Shown here piece by piece: positions 33,642 to 46,400 of a stretch of 64,000 nucleotides of DNA (the stretch's first letter is position 1; every line of letters starts with the position of its first letter). A model generated the notes under the pieces. The model ran no database searches, was not told where the DNA came from, and saw nothing but the letters and a program-made list of their open reading frames with translations. Location: assembly GCA_001599295.1 (NCBI GenBank), contig BCGN01000001.1, positions 1 to 64,000 on the forward strand, in the 5' to 3' direction. This DNA comes from Sporopachydermia quercuum (lineage: Eukaryota). Made by a program: the position numbers and the translations under genes.

Positions 33642-35411
33642 ATGCCTTCTGCCTACTCCTATAGACTAAATGAACGTCTGAGCTTCAATGGTGATCTGTG
33701 TACTGTTAGGTACATTGGCCCAATTGACCCTTGGCCTGGTAAAACAGCGATTGGAGTTGAGTGGAATGATCCTTCAAGAGGTAAAAATGACGGATCTGTG
33801 AATGGAAGACGGTATTTCTACTGTATGAACCGTTCAAGTTTAAGTAACATAGCGAACGCGGGCTCGTTTATCAATGCTGAAAAACTCCCTGATACTAAGA
33901 ATACCTGGTCACGTGCTCTAGAGCAGTACTATGGATTTGATGCTAATGAGAAGATCATACAAGATATTAGCTTGGGACCAAAGCAGTTCGAAAAGGTAGG
34001 ATTTGAGAAAGCACAGAAAAAATTAAGTCAATTCGATGTTTTGCAAAATGTTTCCTTATCCAAGAAACAGTTATCGGGTTATGATGGTGGTGGTNGCACT
34101 AGTAGTAGTAGTATACAATGTCCTAATCTGAGATCATTAGATATATCATATAATCTGTTTGAAACATTAGAAGAAGTTGTTAATCTGACTTCACAGTTTC
34201 CAATTCTTGAGAATTTAGTATTAGACGGCAATAGATTCGATGAGAATGGAAAGGGGAATGAAAATGAAAATGAAAGAAACTGTATTGGTTTCGGCTCCTC
34301 GTCCAGGTCTCCGAAGCCCATTACTACAGTTACTAATTTATCTTTAGCATCAACATTCATATCACCAGCATTGCTGAAANATATCATATACTATTTTCCT
34401 AATGTTCAAGAGCTCAATTTATCATCAAACGGAATTTCAGATGATCTTCTACCATATTTTGTCTCCAGCATGTCTCTATTTCCCTCGTCATCATCATTAT
34501 CCTCCACCAATATATCAACTATAGATCTATCATTTAATCAACTATCGGAACTACCACAATGGTTAAAAAAGTTTCCATCCATTATAAATATCAATTTATT
34601 AGGTAACAAGATATCGCGAATCTCCCAGCAAGGAAAGGAACAGGAAGGAAATGGCTCTTGGGATACGCTACAAGTTCTAGACTTAAGAAGAAATTCCATA
34701 CAATCATGGGTGGTAATAGATGAACTTAGTGAACTATGTTACGGCTTGCACGAACTGAGATTGCTGAATAACTCTTTTGTCAGTAGCACACCTTTAGGAG
34801 ATTATGATACTACTTCTAGTTATAATGGTAATACTACTCTTAGAGATGAAGACTCTTACCTATACATCATACCTAGATGGGGTGGAAGTCTTTCTAAATT
34901 AGATGGAATGTTGATTAAACCAGAAATTAGAAAAGAAGCAGAAATGTTTTATGTATCAAAATTCAAAGAAGGTGTCTTAAAACCAATTAGAAATAGAAAA
35001 AGATGGGTGGAATTATGCCATTTATATGGAGTTGACACTGGTGGTAGTCATGATAGTGAGAGTAGTTGCAAAGGTACTGACGGCACAGATAATCATGGTA
35101 GTGATAGAAAATGTTCCAAGGGAAAGAAAGCTAAGATTGTTACTGTTATATTCAAGTATAAGGATAACAATGTAAATAGAAGAATGTTGGCTTCAACTGA
35201 GGTTGGTAAGTTAAGAAGTCAATGCGCAAGGTTATTCAAATTATCACCTTTAGATTTCGACATGGTTTACTATAGAAATGAGAATAATAGTGATAACAGT
35301 ATTGATTTTATTAATAATAATAATGGGGTGCTACTTGATGACGACAATAGNATAACTGAGTCCATAAGTTTAGGGTCAAATAGTGTTCTGGATGTTGTTT
35401 CAAAGCATTGA
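33642..35411 (+). CDS. PAC2: Tubulin-folding cofactor E (CAP-Gly, LRR, ubiquitin-like)
   Basis: CAP-Gly TVRYIGP...GVEWNDPSRGKNDGSVNGRRYF, LRRs (LRSLDISYN, LNLSSN, IDLSFN) and a UBL-like C-terminus. First ATG is at 33642. Confidence 0.88.
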   Translation: MPSAYSYRLNERLSFNGDLCTVRYIGPIDPWPGKTAIGVEWNDPSRGKNDGSVNGRRYFYCMNRSSLSNIANAGSFINAEKLPDTKNTWSRALEQYYGFDANEKIIQDISLGPKQFEKVGFEKAQKKLSQFDVLQNVSLSKKQLSGYDGGGXTSSSSIQCPNLRSLDISYNLFETLEEVVNLTSQFPILENLVLDGNRFDENGKGNENENERNCIGFGSSSRSPKPITTVTNLSLASTFISPALLKXIIYYFPNVQELNLSSNGISDDLLPYFVSSMSLFPSSSSLSSTNISTIDLSFNQLSELPQWLKKFPSIININLLGNKISRISQQGKEQEGNGSWDTLQVLDLRRNSIQSWVVIDELSELCYGLHELRLLNNSFVSSTPLGDYDTTSSYNGNTTLRDEDSYLYIIPRWGGSLSKLDGMLIKPEIRKEAEMFYVSKFKEGVLKPIRNRKRWVELCHLYGVDTGGSHDSESSCKGTDGTDNHGSDRKCSKGKKAKIVTVIFKYKDNNVNRRMLASTEVGKLRSQCARLFKLSPLDFDMVYYRNENNSDNSIDFINNNNGVLLDDDNXITESISLGSNSVLDVVSKH

Positions 35412-35877
35412 ATTATGAGTAAGTTCGGCCAAATAGAAGGGCAATGAGATGTATATTCATATCATGATGAATGATAGTATACTTGGCATTCGATTAAGAA
35501 CATTTTGATACGTAGTAGCCACAGCAATACTTTATTGAATCATTTATTCTATTACTTCATACATACATTTATGTATCTTCGACTAACGACAATGTTAACT
35601 TGAGCAATAAATGCTCGACAGCAAAAAGGAATACACAAGATTAGTATGAACACTTTTTGGTACTCTCAATAGAAACGTACTAATATAAGTATTGGTTACA
35701 ACATAAAACATTAGTGATGCTATGATTCAGGTATACACNTAGTGGAATATTCACGACAGTTAAGGATTCACAATTATACTTATAAGAGCAGCTAAACCTA
35801 CACTCAAATATACTATCACTCAATTAATTATTCATATCATAACATTATTTTCTTANTCTATCCATTAGCACAATAAA

Positions 35878-37620
35878 TTATGGAGTGAAATTCCATAAAC
35901 CATCACCTAAATAGCAATAAACTTCAACGCCTATTCCTTTATTAACCGATTTGATATCTTCAGTACTCATAAGTAACTTCCCAACTGCTAAAGCATTTTC
36001 TTTGCCTTGAGCATTGATTATAACAATATCTCCTTGTTTGAAACCTGGTGCTTCCGGTAATTCAGCTCCTGGAGATGTTAAACCAGGACACATAATACTT
36101 GCACCAGAGAGAATAAATTTAATTGCACCACGATCTACTTGAACTTTAGGGAACAATTCAGGATCTAATATACTGTTAGTTGATTCATTATTAGAAAAGA
36201 AACGTGGAAAGCATAAGTGATAGTTGCANATAGAGCTACTAAGGTGAATAGTTGATAGTAGCCAAAAACCAGTAGTTAACAGGAACAACAATAGTATAAT
36301 ACTATTGAACATTGATCGTTCCCCCAATTAAAGCATTAATCTTAATTGGTAGTTATGAATCAAGGCTATCTTGTTTTTGAGCAGATATATTGAACTTGAT
36401 AGAATTTATACGTCATTATATAACGCAAAGGGAATATAGCGATAGAAACAAATAGAAAACAACAGTCGATCTATTCATCGATTTCGTCTCTTTCAATCTA
36501 TATGCCATATGCTCAAGCAATCATTTGTTATATCATTTTGCATCATTGGTAAGAGTATATTCGACTACTTATATTTGATCCTTTCAGTTGGTAACAGAAA
36601 AATCACAGTGCGAATACTCAAAAGAAAGATAATAGCTATAATTAGCTACAACAACCCGGGAATCAAGTTCCATAAGATCAGGAAATCTGATTTCAGCTCA
36701 AAAGAAACTAATCAAACCTCTGACGGTTTCCAAATGGTCCCTTGCCTTTGTCTCTTTCTTATCATCGTATAGCATTCATCACATACACCACTGTAAGCAA
36801 TTGCCAAATTAACATACATTTATGAACAATTTTTAGACCAGGATATAATTCTTCGTCGAATTTTTGAAATGCAATTACTTCGTCTTCAATCATATAAACT
36901 GAGATTTTATCTTCACTATTAGCAATTGATTTGTTAGTATTTGACATGAGAACTGATAATAAACGATCAATTGCTAAGTAACAGGCAATTGAGTTCACCT
37001 GAATAAATTACACTTCATTTTATTCCATTAAATCACCTACCATTTTAATAAAGTAAGCGAACTCTTCTTGGGAATAATATCATCAATAACAGGTGCAAGC
37101 TTTGGGAATTGTTCAACTAATTTTGTTTTTATATGCCTTTGAACTGATGATTTAGTATTTGTTCTTGTATGAACATCATCTTTAGAGAATCTGCGCGAAA
37201 AGGGTGATGATGTTAGTAAGAATGATACTAAAAAGAAAAAATAATTTTAGTTATTAGTTAGTTGATAAAGGATATGATCTGATATGCGTTGATAGTTTAT
37301 TGTTCGGAACATCTAGTTTGCTAAATGAATAGGTATATTATAACTCGAAATCCTCCAGGGTTCATACAAACAGCAAAATAATCATCTCTATCATAACTCG
37401 ACCATCAGATGATACCGTCAGTGCCAGATAACAAGCTGGTATATGAATCAGCCTATATTTCTTGATTCATTTCCATTCACATCATAACAAAATAGTAGCA
37501 AAATGTATCATTTCATTCAACCATTCATCATTGGCATATCTCTATCATCTTCCATATTATATTCCACTACTTGAACCAATGATGAACACCAACAATTGGA
37601 AATACTTGCTTTTTAAACAT
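35878..37620 (-). CDS. TMA20: Translation machinery-associated protein 20 (MCT-1, PUA domain); exons 37620-37610, 37190-37041, 36915-36818, 36164-35878, 181 aa
   Basis: The spliced product reads [25 protein letters not shown]...LLKCEDKISVY...[34 protein letters not shown]...LGDGLWNF. Donors are GCAAGT, GTAGGT and GTATGT, with all phases consistent. Confidence 0.93.
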
Positions 37621-39784
37621 CTTGAAACTAATTGTATCTCTTCTTGTTGATTCTGTGAGTCAACTGTCGCGTACCAGAAATTGGTTAACTAATAAAATAA
37701 TAAAGGAGAGTTCCTGATAATATTATCCAGATGGTACCAATGACACTTGTGAGTACGTATGCTTATACTATACTGGGGGAATGTAAGGTATTAATCAGCT
37801 AACAACTGTATACAAAGAAACAACAATAGGGACTAATGGTCAAATAAACAGGTATCAGAAGAACAACAATCAGTTTAATTGAAACCAGACAGAACAAGGT
37901 ATAGAATAAAACATGTTTTGATTATGACAGAAATAGGGTGAACTCAAAAATGAGAATCAAAAGGAAAGAATGAAAAAATTAGATGCGATGTATGGGGAAT
38001 AAAGTTGCAGCTTGCATGTATTAATATGGAAGATATATGCAAGAGGAAGCGTTTGGGAATGTTAAATGAATGAAGAAGTAATTTCTGTGGAATAAGATCG
38101 GGTTTATATTTGTAGAATAGGAACAAAAATAGTCAAATTAAAGAAATAAAAAGAGGAAATTAGCTATTGTGAAATTATATATAAAATGCTTGTTTTAAGG
38201 TCGTCAAGCTATGAAGTTGGGTGAACAATAGCAATAATATGCATGGGCGATGTATCATTTATGTACAAAGATGCATGATATGGTTTTTTAAATGGGCTCT
38301 CCCAATGTTTTCTTCCATCATTAAATTAAACAGGTATAAGTTGAAAATAGTTCCAATAAACAACAAGACATCATTTGAAGAGTTCAAAGTTAGATTCCAA
38401 TGCAATGCCGATTGAAGGTCTTCGAATAGTACTCAACTGATACTGCAGCTCTGTTCCTAGGATATGTTTGAAGAGTGTTACTTCTACGGTTTTACCAACT
38501 AGCANAATGATTCAAATAACTGGATAAATGATCATAAACGATAACAGAAACCAACGTCTTCAAATTAGCCAATTGTCAAATTAGTATAATTAGTACAAAA
38601 AGAGAATATAATAACTAAAAAATACGCTGTGGAACGTAACAACATCCGACATCCGTATTCTGCTAATGATTTTCTTCTTCCTCACAATGCTCTAGTTGCA
38701 TGATTACCTACCAGCTAACACTGAACATTCGTTCTGTGTACCTATTGATAATCTTATCTAACACTACCAAATCGAGTATTTCCGTCATCTTTCAAAACCA
38801 ACCGTGACCTCACGATTAACCTCTGAAAAGTAACAATGAATAGAATGATAGTTTCCAAAAATTCCTTTTGCACTGATCCAATCAAAGACCAAATCAATAC
38901 AAAAGAGCGGTCGTGGTTAAAGTTTTCAACCAGCAAATACACAATCTCGGACGAATCCTCACTGATATGCGTAAAACCCGTGCATAAGGATAAAGAAAGG
39001 AAAGAAGGAAAAAAAAGGGAACTCTGAAAACTAAGATGTGCAAGTAAGAAGAAAAAAACCGATTTAAAAAAATGGGCGACTTTCCCATTTATATAGGAGA
39101 ATTTCAAGGGGCATTCTGGAGATGAGAATGAGAAATATAGGTAACCGGGGGTATGCAGGAGACTGAAGGGAGACAACAAATAAGAGAACAGCAAGGAAAG
39201 CAACGCAAAAGTAGAACAAATAGCTATATTTAAAATGATTGAGTTAACTTATAGTAGTGAAAAGTAAGAAGTAGCGGAATTGGTGTGAGTATTCAATCAA
39301 TTATATATAAAATAGTAGTTAGTCAATTTGGTGGGCGAAGTCAATTGTCAGAGGGGGATACTGAAGAGATATCAATATCGGAAATCATAATAAAAGCGGA
39401 TCTGAGAATGTAAAACGTTTCCGACATGTTGCTTTTAGTAAAACTCAGTTATCGGATCCGATTCTACTTCGGATGCAAATTCGGAAGCACATTCCAATAA
39501 CCTACTCATAAGAAAAAAAGAAAAAAAAAATTAAGAACAATGAAAACAAAGTAAAACATAAAGCAGAAAATGGTATTCCATTATTTNACTATGGAGAACC
39601 AAAGTCAANGAACTAAACCATCACCTATGTTCCTGTTATCATCTCCGTTATCAAACTTCTACACATTACTACCATATCCATCAAACATTGTATTACCAAT
39701 AAACCAAAAATACTCGTTTTCTAATCTATATACATTATAAAATCAATATTAATATCATTATCTCGATTTCTCGGAAAAGAACAT

Positions 39785-42685
39785 TCAAACGGGATCTCCT
39801 TTTATCATTTGAGACACCTGTAATAAAGCCTTAGAGTTTCTTAATGTCCCCGTGACACTAACAATTCTTTTCACTTGTTTCGAATGGNCAACTAAGAAGC
39901 TGCTTTTAAGGCCCAAGCCGGTATTTGGAAGGTTTACATTAACGCTTCTTCGGGTAAACCCCGACTGAAATATCCGGGGGTCGGGTTCAACATAAAGTTT
40001 ATGAAACTGTTCTTCTTGAGCCGGCGATAAAAAACCGGAAGTGCCTTCGAACTCTGGGGCGAAATCAAACTTATTTTCTCTATTCAATTCTGGGTGACTC
40101 GGAACTTTACAATAGTCCCGACTTCTTCGGCTGGCATCCGATCCGTCTTCATCACTGGAAATTTCTAGCAGTTCATCGGCAAGTGAACTAGAGCGAATGT
40201 TTCTACCACAGCTAGAATTCAAAACAACTTCGGAAGTTATCTTGGAAACGATCTCGCCATCAATATCATCATCCGAAATCGAAAGTTCTCTGCCAGCTCG
40301 TTTTGTCCTCTTGAATATCCGAGGGTCAGAATGATTACCAATCCGATTATCTCCGTCTGATTTCTTATTGCCCCCTACTTCTTCGGAAAAACTCCGTTCG
40401 TTTTCGATTTCCTCCGACATCGGAATTATTTCCCCTTTGAGAAGTCTGGAAGCTTTGAAAAATCCCAATTTGGCATTAGTGGGTGTGAAAAACTCTTTTT
40501 GTGGCTTACTGTGTTTACCCTTCCTATGGTTCTTCATTACTTTCTGTTTCAACTTTTCACTTGTTCGATCAATGATTTCATCTACGCTAACATCCACCAA
40601 ACTTTGATTTTCTTCTGGTGGTACAATCTCTTCTTTCAGACAATCCGGTCTAAAATTTCCCGGAATTATCCGGTCCGATGGTACATAGCTAAACTTTGTT
40701 TTATCAGTGATTTGCTTTTGAATGTACCGATAGTTGTCCAATGCTTTTTCAAACTTACTCTCTTCCGATCCAGATAAAAATACAATAATTCTTCCGTCTC
40801 TTTTCCGGCCAGTTCGACCCATTCGCTGTAGATTTCGGATGGGACTTGCATTTGAGTCATAGCATATGATTAAATCAACTTCCCCGATATCTAGACCTTC
40901 TTCTCCGACAGAAGTGGCTACTAGAACGTTAAAAGTCCCATCCTTGAATTTAGTGATTACGTCATGCTGACCTTTTTGTGTCATTCCGAATTCCGCAGCC
41001 GATTCCGAAGTCGATGTTCCGATACTTACCGTGGAAGAAGCCGACGTGGTTCTTCTCCGATGTCCATCCGATGATCCTTGCTGTTCTTCCTCCTCATCCG
41101 CTTCCTCAACTTCAAACTCAAATTCTTCTTCCGACTCCTGGACACTTTTTCCCCGAGATCTTTTCCTCTTCGGCTTCTCACCAACCTTATTCTTTTTACT
41201 TTTCTTCCCGGTTTTACCCGTTTTCTGGCTTCGGCTTGACTGTCCTATGAAAATATGCGGTCGGATCGTCGGTGACATCATCTCCAATACGCGGACAATC
41301 TCTAAAGCCGATTCTCGGTACGAAGAAAACACAATAACCCTAGAGTCTTTCGAAGAGCCGGTGAAAAATATGACCAATTCATCTAACATATGTGATAGCT
41401 TAGTATGACCCATGTAACTGTCATTAGCTAATAAGTCTTCACATAATGTTATACATTCCGACATTGACTCGCATCCGAAATATTCTAAAAGTAATTTAGA
41501 TTTAGTCTTACCGTTTTTAACTATGTAATAGTCCGGAGATATGAATTTATAGAAAGGTCGAATACCATGTGATATTAGTAAAGCCATAGCATGACCCGCT
41601 CTAGCTAAAATCTTCATAGTGTTTATGACCTTGTATTTAACGCCGGCAGAAGCCTTATATCCGGCAGGAGAACCGAGGTATTTCTGCAGAGCGGAAACGG
41701 CAGCAAACTGGTTAATATACTGGGGATTTGTTAAATGAAATACTGACAGTTTCTTCATATCAGATAGTAACGGGGTCAAAGTTTCGGCAAAAAGATTCCG
41801 AATTGTCTCGATATCGGATGACAACGGAACTTTTATTCGATCAATGGTCCGTCTGTTAGTATACTTCCGAATATCCATAGACTCTTCGGTACGGATCTCA
41901 ATGNTAGATATACCTAAACTATCAATCTCAGCTTGTACCCCTTCAATGGAATTTGATGGGGTTGCCGTTAAAGCAAGAACTCGGAATGATGAATGAACCT
42001 GCCGTATTTTCTCAACAATTTTGACATATGCGTAATTTCCCGATGCTCTGTGTGCTTCATCTACTACCAATAAGCAAACAGATCTCGGATCAAGCAATCC
42101 TCGGCTCAAATCGTTTTCCACTGTCTGGGGAGTAGCAAAAATGACCCTCCGAGATTCCCAAGCCTCTTGCCGCAGCCGAGCTTGAACTGTACCCATTAAA
42201 ATCGCAGTATCATAGTATGGAATTCCACTAAGTGTAAGACAAGCTTTAATCTGCTGTGAAACTAATGGACGTGTTGGAGCCATGAAGATGATTTTAGATG
42301 TTTGGAACCATCGGTAGTAATTGAGCATTACAACCGCAGCAATGAAGGTTTTACCGAGACCAGTCGGAAGAGCGCATAACACGTTCGAAAACAGAGCTCT
42401 GTGAACAATGTTGAACTGGTACTCTCGGAACGGAACATTTGTCGGATATATGTAAGTTTGAAGTTCATCTTCTACTAGGATGTGATGAGTTGGAGGGAAG
42501 ACAGCGGAAGCTCCGAGCTGTAGAGAATGGACTAAAGTTCGGTTGNCTTGCAAGTTTAAATTTTGATTTGTTATGGGATTTGAAATTGAGCTCGAGGCAG
42601 AGTTCGGAAGAGAGGCCCCATTTTGTTCTGTTAGTTCTGATAGATCGTCATCTAGATCTGATTCACCATAAGAGGTGTCTGACAT
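39785..42685 (-). CDS. MPH1: FANCM-family DEAH DNA helicase
   Basis: [53 protein letters not shown] and QRMGRTGR. Confidence 0.95.
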   Translation of the reverse strand: MSDTSYGESDLDDDLSELTEQNGASLPNSASSSISNPITNQNLNLQXNRTLVHSLQLGASAVFPPTHHILVEDELQTYIYPTNVPFREYQFNIVHRALFSNVLCALPTGLGKTFIAAVVMLNYYRWFQTSKIIFMAPTRPLVSQQIKACLTLSGIPYYDTAILMGTVQARLRQEAWESRRVIFATPQTVENDLSRGLLDPRSVCLLVVDEAHRASGNYAYVKIVEKIRQVHSSFRVLALTATPSNSIEGVQAEIDSLGISXIEIRTEESMDIRKYTNRRTIDRIKVPLSSDIETIRNLFAETLTPLLSDMKKLSVFHLTNPQYINQFAAVSALQKYLGSPAGYKASAGVKYKVINTMKILARAGHAMALLISHGIRPFYKFISPDYYIVKNGKTKSKLLLEYFGCESMSECITLCEDLLANDSYMGHTKLSHMLDELVIFFTGSSKDSRVIVFSSYRESALEIVRVLEMMSPTIRPHIFIGQSSRSQKTGKTGKKSKKNKVGEKPKRKRSRGKSVQESEEEFEFEVEEADEEEEQQGSSDGHRRRTTSASSTVSIGTSTSESAAEFGMTQKGQHDVITKFKDGTFNVLVATSVGEEGLDIGEVDLIICYDSNASPIRNLQRMGRTGRKRDGRIIVFLSGSEESKFEKALDNYRYIQKQITDKTKFSYVPSDRIIPGNFRPDCLKEEIVPPEENQSLVDVSVDEIIDRTSEKLKQKVMKNHRKGKHSKPQKEFFTPTNAKLGFFKASRLLKGEIIPMSEEIENERSFSEEVGGNKKSDGDNRIGNHSDPRIFKRTKRAGRELSISDDDIDGEIVSKITSEVVLNSSCGRNIRSSSLADELLEISSDEDGSDASRRSRDYCKVPSHPELNRENKFDFAPEFEGTSGFLSPAQEEQFHKLYVEPDPRIFQSGFTRRSVNVNLPNTGLGLKSSFLVXHSKQVKRIVSVTGTLRNSKALLQVSQMIKGDPV

Positions 42686-43415
42686 GGTTAATCAGAATGG
42701 AACCCTTGGAAAAGTAAGGATAGCATATGGAATAGTTTTAGATAATAAGGTTCCCGGATTTAGGATTCATTGCGATTCTTACGTAAAAAATGAGATTGAT
42801 GNACCGGAAAGGGGAAGGAACGCGGAATCAATTTTGTACGAGTTCTCTTCCGTGATTAGAAGTTCTGTCCTAAGACAGGCGTTATAATGAAGGGAAACTA
42901 AAGTTTGAAACTTGCTGCAGGTATCATACATATCCGAAATAAGGTTTGTTGAAGTGAGATTAGTCTTTATAGGAATAACTTTCAATTTGTTCGCTCGAAA
43001 CCTAGATTTAGTTACAGCAGTTTGTGTTTAAATATGNAATACCTATTTTTGCTTCAAGTAAATATAAAATTATCTATAAAACTCTTTCATAGTTTCTTCA
43101 CAGTTTCTTCACAGTAGGTATGGTAGAAACAATAGGGTTAAACAAGTAGCATGATATTGCATAATAATGCATATATAAATGTATTCTCCAATTCTTTAAC
43201 TTTAGAAGCTATATTCTCCACTGTTATATTCTTTCAGCCATCTGATATATAATATTCTAAAGTACAATTTATATCGATTTTATATAAAATAGGTTAATCA
43301 AAGTACATAATTCTTTGCAACTAATGTTTTGTAAATTTATAGTTCCCGACAATCCCAAAGGATGACGATTTATAGTATATTCACACTTTATGGCAATACA
43401 TTATCAATCGACTAT

Positions 43416-46400
43416 CTAATTATTAACTGTTGATAATTGACGAAATGCTGCTTTAATATCAGCTGCTGTGACTTCTGGAGTGACATCATTCTCATAATAT
43501 CGTGCAATTATGTTCAACACTCTTGAATAAAGTTTCACATATTCGGTTTCAAGGGCACGCCAGACTTTTCTGAATAACAGCACTCTTNCTCCTCTTTCAG
43601 CTTCGGAGATTCCTCCGGTTCTACCCAAGTTTTTGCTTCCGCTTCCAGTTCCGTTCCCATTCCAACTTCTATTGGATTCAATAAACACAAAATGCTTATA
43701 CACTCTCCGGTGCAAAGTCTCTAAACCTTTACAAATCTCTTTATAATCGTAATCAGCTAATAATTTCCGGAAATTACTCTTATTATACATTTGACCTTTT
43801 CCTTGAGTTCCGAAACTCGATTCTGCTCCGTCTAAAAAGTCCAATAATCTTCCTAATGGTCTTCTGATCACGTTATCTATATATGCAGTAAGTTCTTGGT
43901 TATAGGTTTTCTCAGCTTTTTGTTTGATAGCAGCAATTGTCGGATTTGATGGCAAGTTCGCTAATTTTTGGTTTAGATAATCAGTATTTTCTACCATGAT
44001 AATATGAAAATTTAAGGTTGATTTGTCTTCAATCTCAGATGAATAGGTTCCGTACGGCAATCCGTGTTTCCGGTTAGTAATTTTTGTGTGATTTCCAGAT
44101 CCGAAACTTGGTGTATCTTTATTACATTCTTCCAATACTCGGAATACAGTTCTTCCGATCATATCAATGTTCCGACAAGCAATTCCGATCGTTCGGTAAT
44201 GTTCCGAGTCCTCGGAACTCAACGGGAGCCTCTTTCCGAGTAATAAGCAAAACTCGGCATATTGTTTCACACAAGGAACAACTCCTATCCGATTTCGGCT
44301 TGAAATTAGCGTACTTTCAATTTCTCGGATTTGCTTCGAAATAAATTTTTGCCATTGAGCCGAAAGTTTATCGAAAAGCTTTGCAAACATCTTAGCACTA
44401 AATTCTTGCGTGGGTGCTTCTAATCCCATACTTTCCGATTCTATAACGTATAAAACTCCGATAGTTTCCATAGGTGCTGATTTTAGTATCGATTCAGAAG
44501 CCTTAGTTGTATCATCCAAAATTTGCCCAATAGCTCCGGATAAAATCCCGATGGTATCTAAATCGGCTTTTTGATCTGTTAATGCTGCTTTATCTATACT
44601 CACATTCTTGTACGATAATGCCCTCGATTTAACGGGTACCTGTCTTACATATTCCGTGAAATCTTGAGAAGTGTAAGTTGTGGTATGGAAGAAAGCGGTA
44701 ACAAATTCCTGATGAACTAAACTGTATCGTTTAATGAGCCTTAAAAGACGGGCAAAGTCTGCTTGAATAGAGGATTTGGAGCTTAAGCCTAATCCCAAAT
44801 CTTTATCTTGATCCTGATCTGTTCCGGAACCCAATAAAGTCTCCAATTGACTATTTGCTCCGGGGCTTCTGATCCTTTTTTCCCGTTGGATCAATTCTCC
44901 GCTTTGGTTTCCTATTTGGGAGGCTTGAAACGAGAAATCCCGATCGGAAGTCTTGAACTTTGTTGCTATTATCCGAGGCCAATCCAATAGAAATCTTCCG
45001 ATTGATTCCTCATTGTAATTCCGGAATATCCGTTCATAAGCTTTTCTCAACTCCGCATATCCTCGACGGTCAGTCTCTTTGATATAAAAGACATATCCAG
45101 CGTACTGCAAAACAGACGAGAGTTCTTGTTGTAAAACTGAGACAGCTAACGGTTCATCCTCGGATGATTTGCCCTTTGCCCGGTCTATTCCGGTTTGTAA
45201 TTCTATCACAATAAGGTTTTTCGCTCTAGTGATAAAATTAGCCGAAAAAGACTCAAAGTAAGCTTTCCGTTCCGTTAATGCCCGCATAGAACCTAACCCA
45301 TGCTTTTCCGATCGAACAGCCATCAACGCCTGATACAATACACACAGATTGGCTTCCGTTTTCTCAATGTTTTCCGCCTTGTCAATAGGATCGGAAATCA
45401 ATGGCGATAATACTTCTTCGGGAATACTAACTGTCTTCAAAATCTCCTCCAATTCATTCCAAAGTTGTTTCTTATTCTTTGTTCTTAATTGTAAACCTTC
45501 GCTCTCATCTTCTATATGTGAAATATCTTCATGCAATGACGACAGTTCTAATTGGAAAGAAATTATCATAGGTTCAAGCTTTCGGCATTCAGCCAAGGCA
45601 CGAGTAATGTTTTCACGTGAACTGGATATATTTTCAACCATATCAACGATTGAAAACATAGAATCGTATTCGGCCTTAGTATATAGTTTCCGTATTTTCT
45701 GCTCAAGGTTTCCGGCATTGTCCACTGTTTTCCAGTTTATTGATTCAAAGATTTCCGTTATTGCCTTTGTGGAGGTGAGATTCTCTAAAGACTTATCAAC
45801 TGCTACATCATCAATGGATANGTCAGAGAGAGANGAAAAGATGGACAGTCTTCTGAATGGGTCATTTAATTCTAAAATTTCATTGAAATTTTGCGTTTGG
45901 AGCCTATTGGTGTCTGGGTTAGCCAATGCGGAAGCCGGTAATGTGACTTTTAAATCATTCTCAGTGTCGCCCGATACTTGGATGTTCGGAATTGAGCCGC
46001 AGTACGTCAACGTCATTCTAGCTTCATCCGGCTTGGTAACATAACTGGATCGGATACGTGGTTCTCCGTACTCATCGTAGGCATCGTATGCATCGTCGTC
46101 GTCATCGTTCATATAATTGTTAATATCGACATCGGAACCATTGTAGGCGTCTTCGATTATACGGTTTCCGGTATCAGNATGGATGTCAGAAGAAGAATCC
46201 TGAGTATTTGTATACTGGGAATCAGTTTCGGAGACCCGGGAGACCACCGATTGGTCGAGATTTCGCGATTGCCGAGAAGATAGAAAATGAACGCTTTCGA
46301 CACCTTCGGCCTTTTCGTCGGGGTTACCAGATGAATTTGTGTTCGAATCCGGTGGTAATACAGGAAATGGAATGTTCTGCAAAGAGACTTTTCCGAGATT

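Noticed and set aside
36678..36782. Box C (GTGATGA) and CTGA pair in TMA20 intron 3
   Set aside because: No terminal stem, and the apparent rRNA complement is low-complexity.
38754..39203. 149-aa hydrophobic minus-strand ORF
   Set aside because: It has a non-ATG start, and its Phe/Leu/Ser content reflects pyrimidine-rich low-complexity DNA.
45349..46044. 231-aa plus-strand ORF
   Set aside because: Antisense shadow of SEC3.
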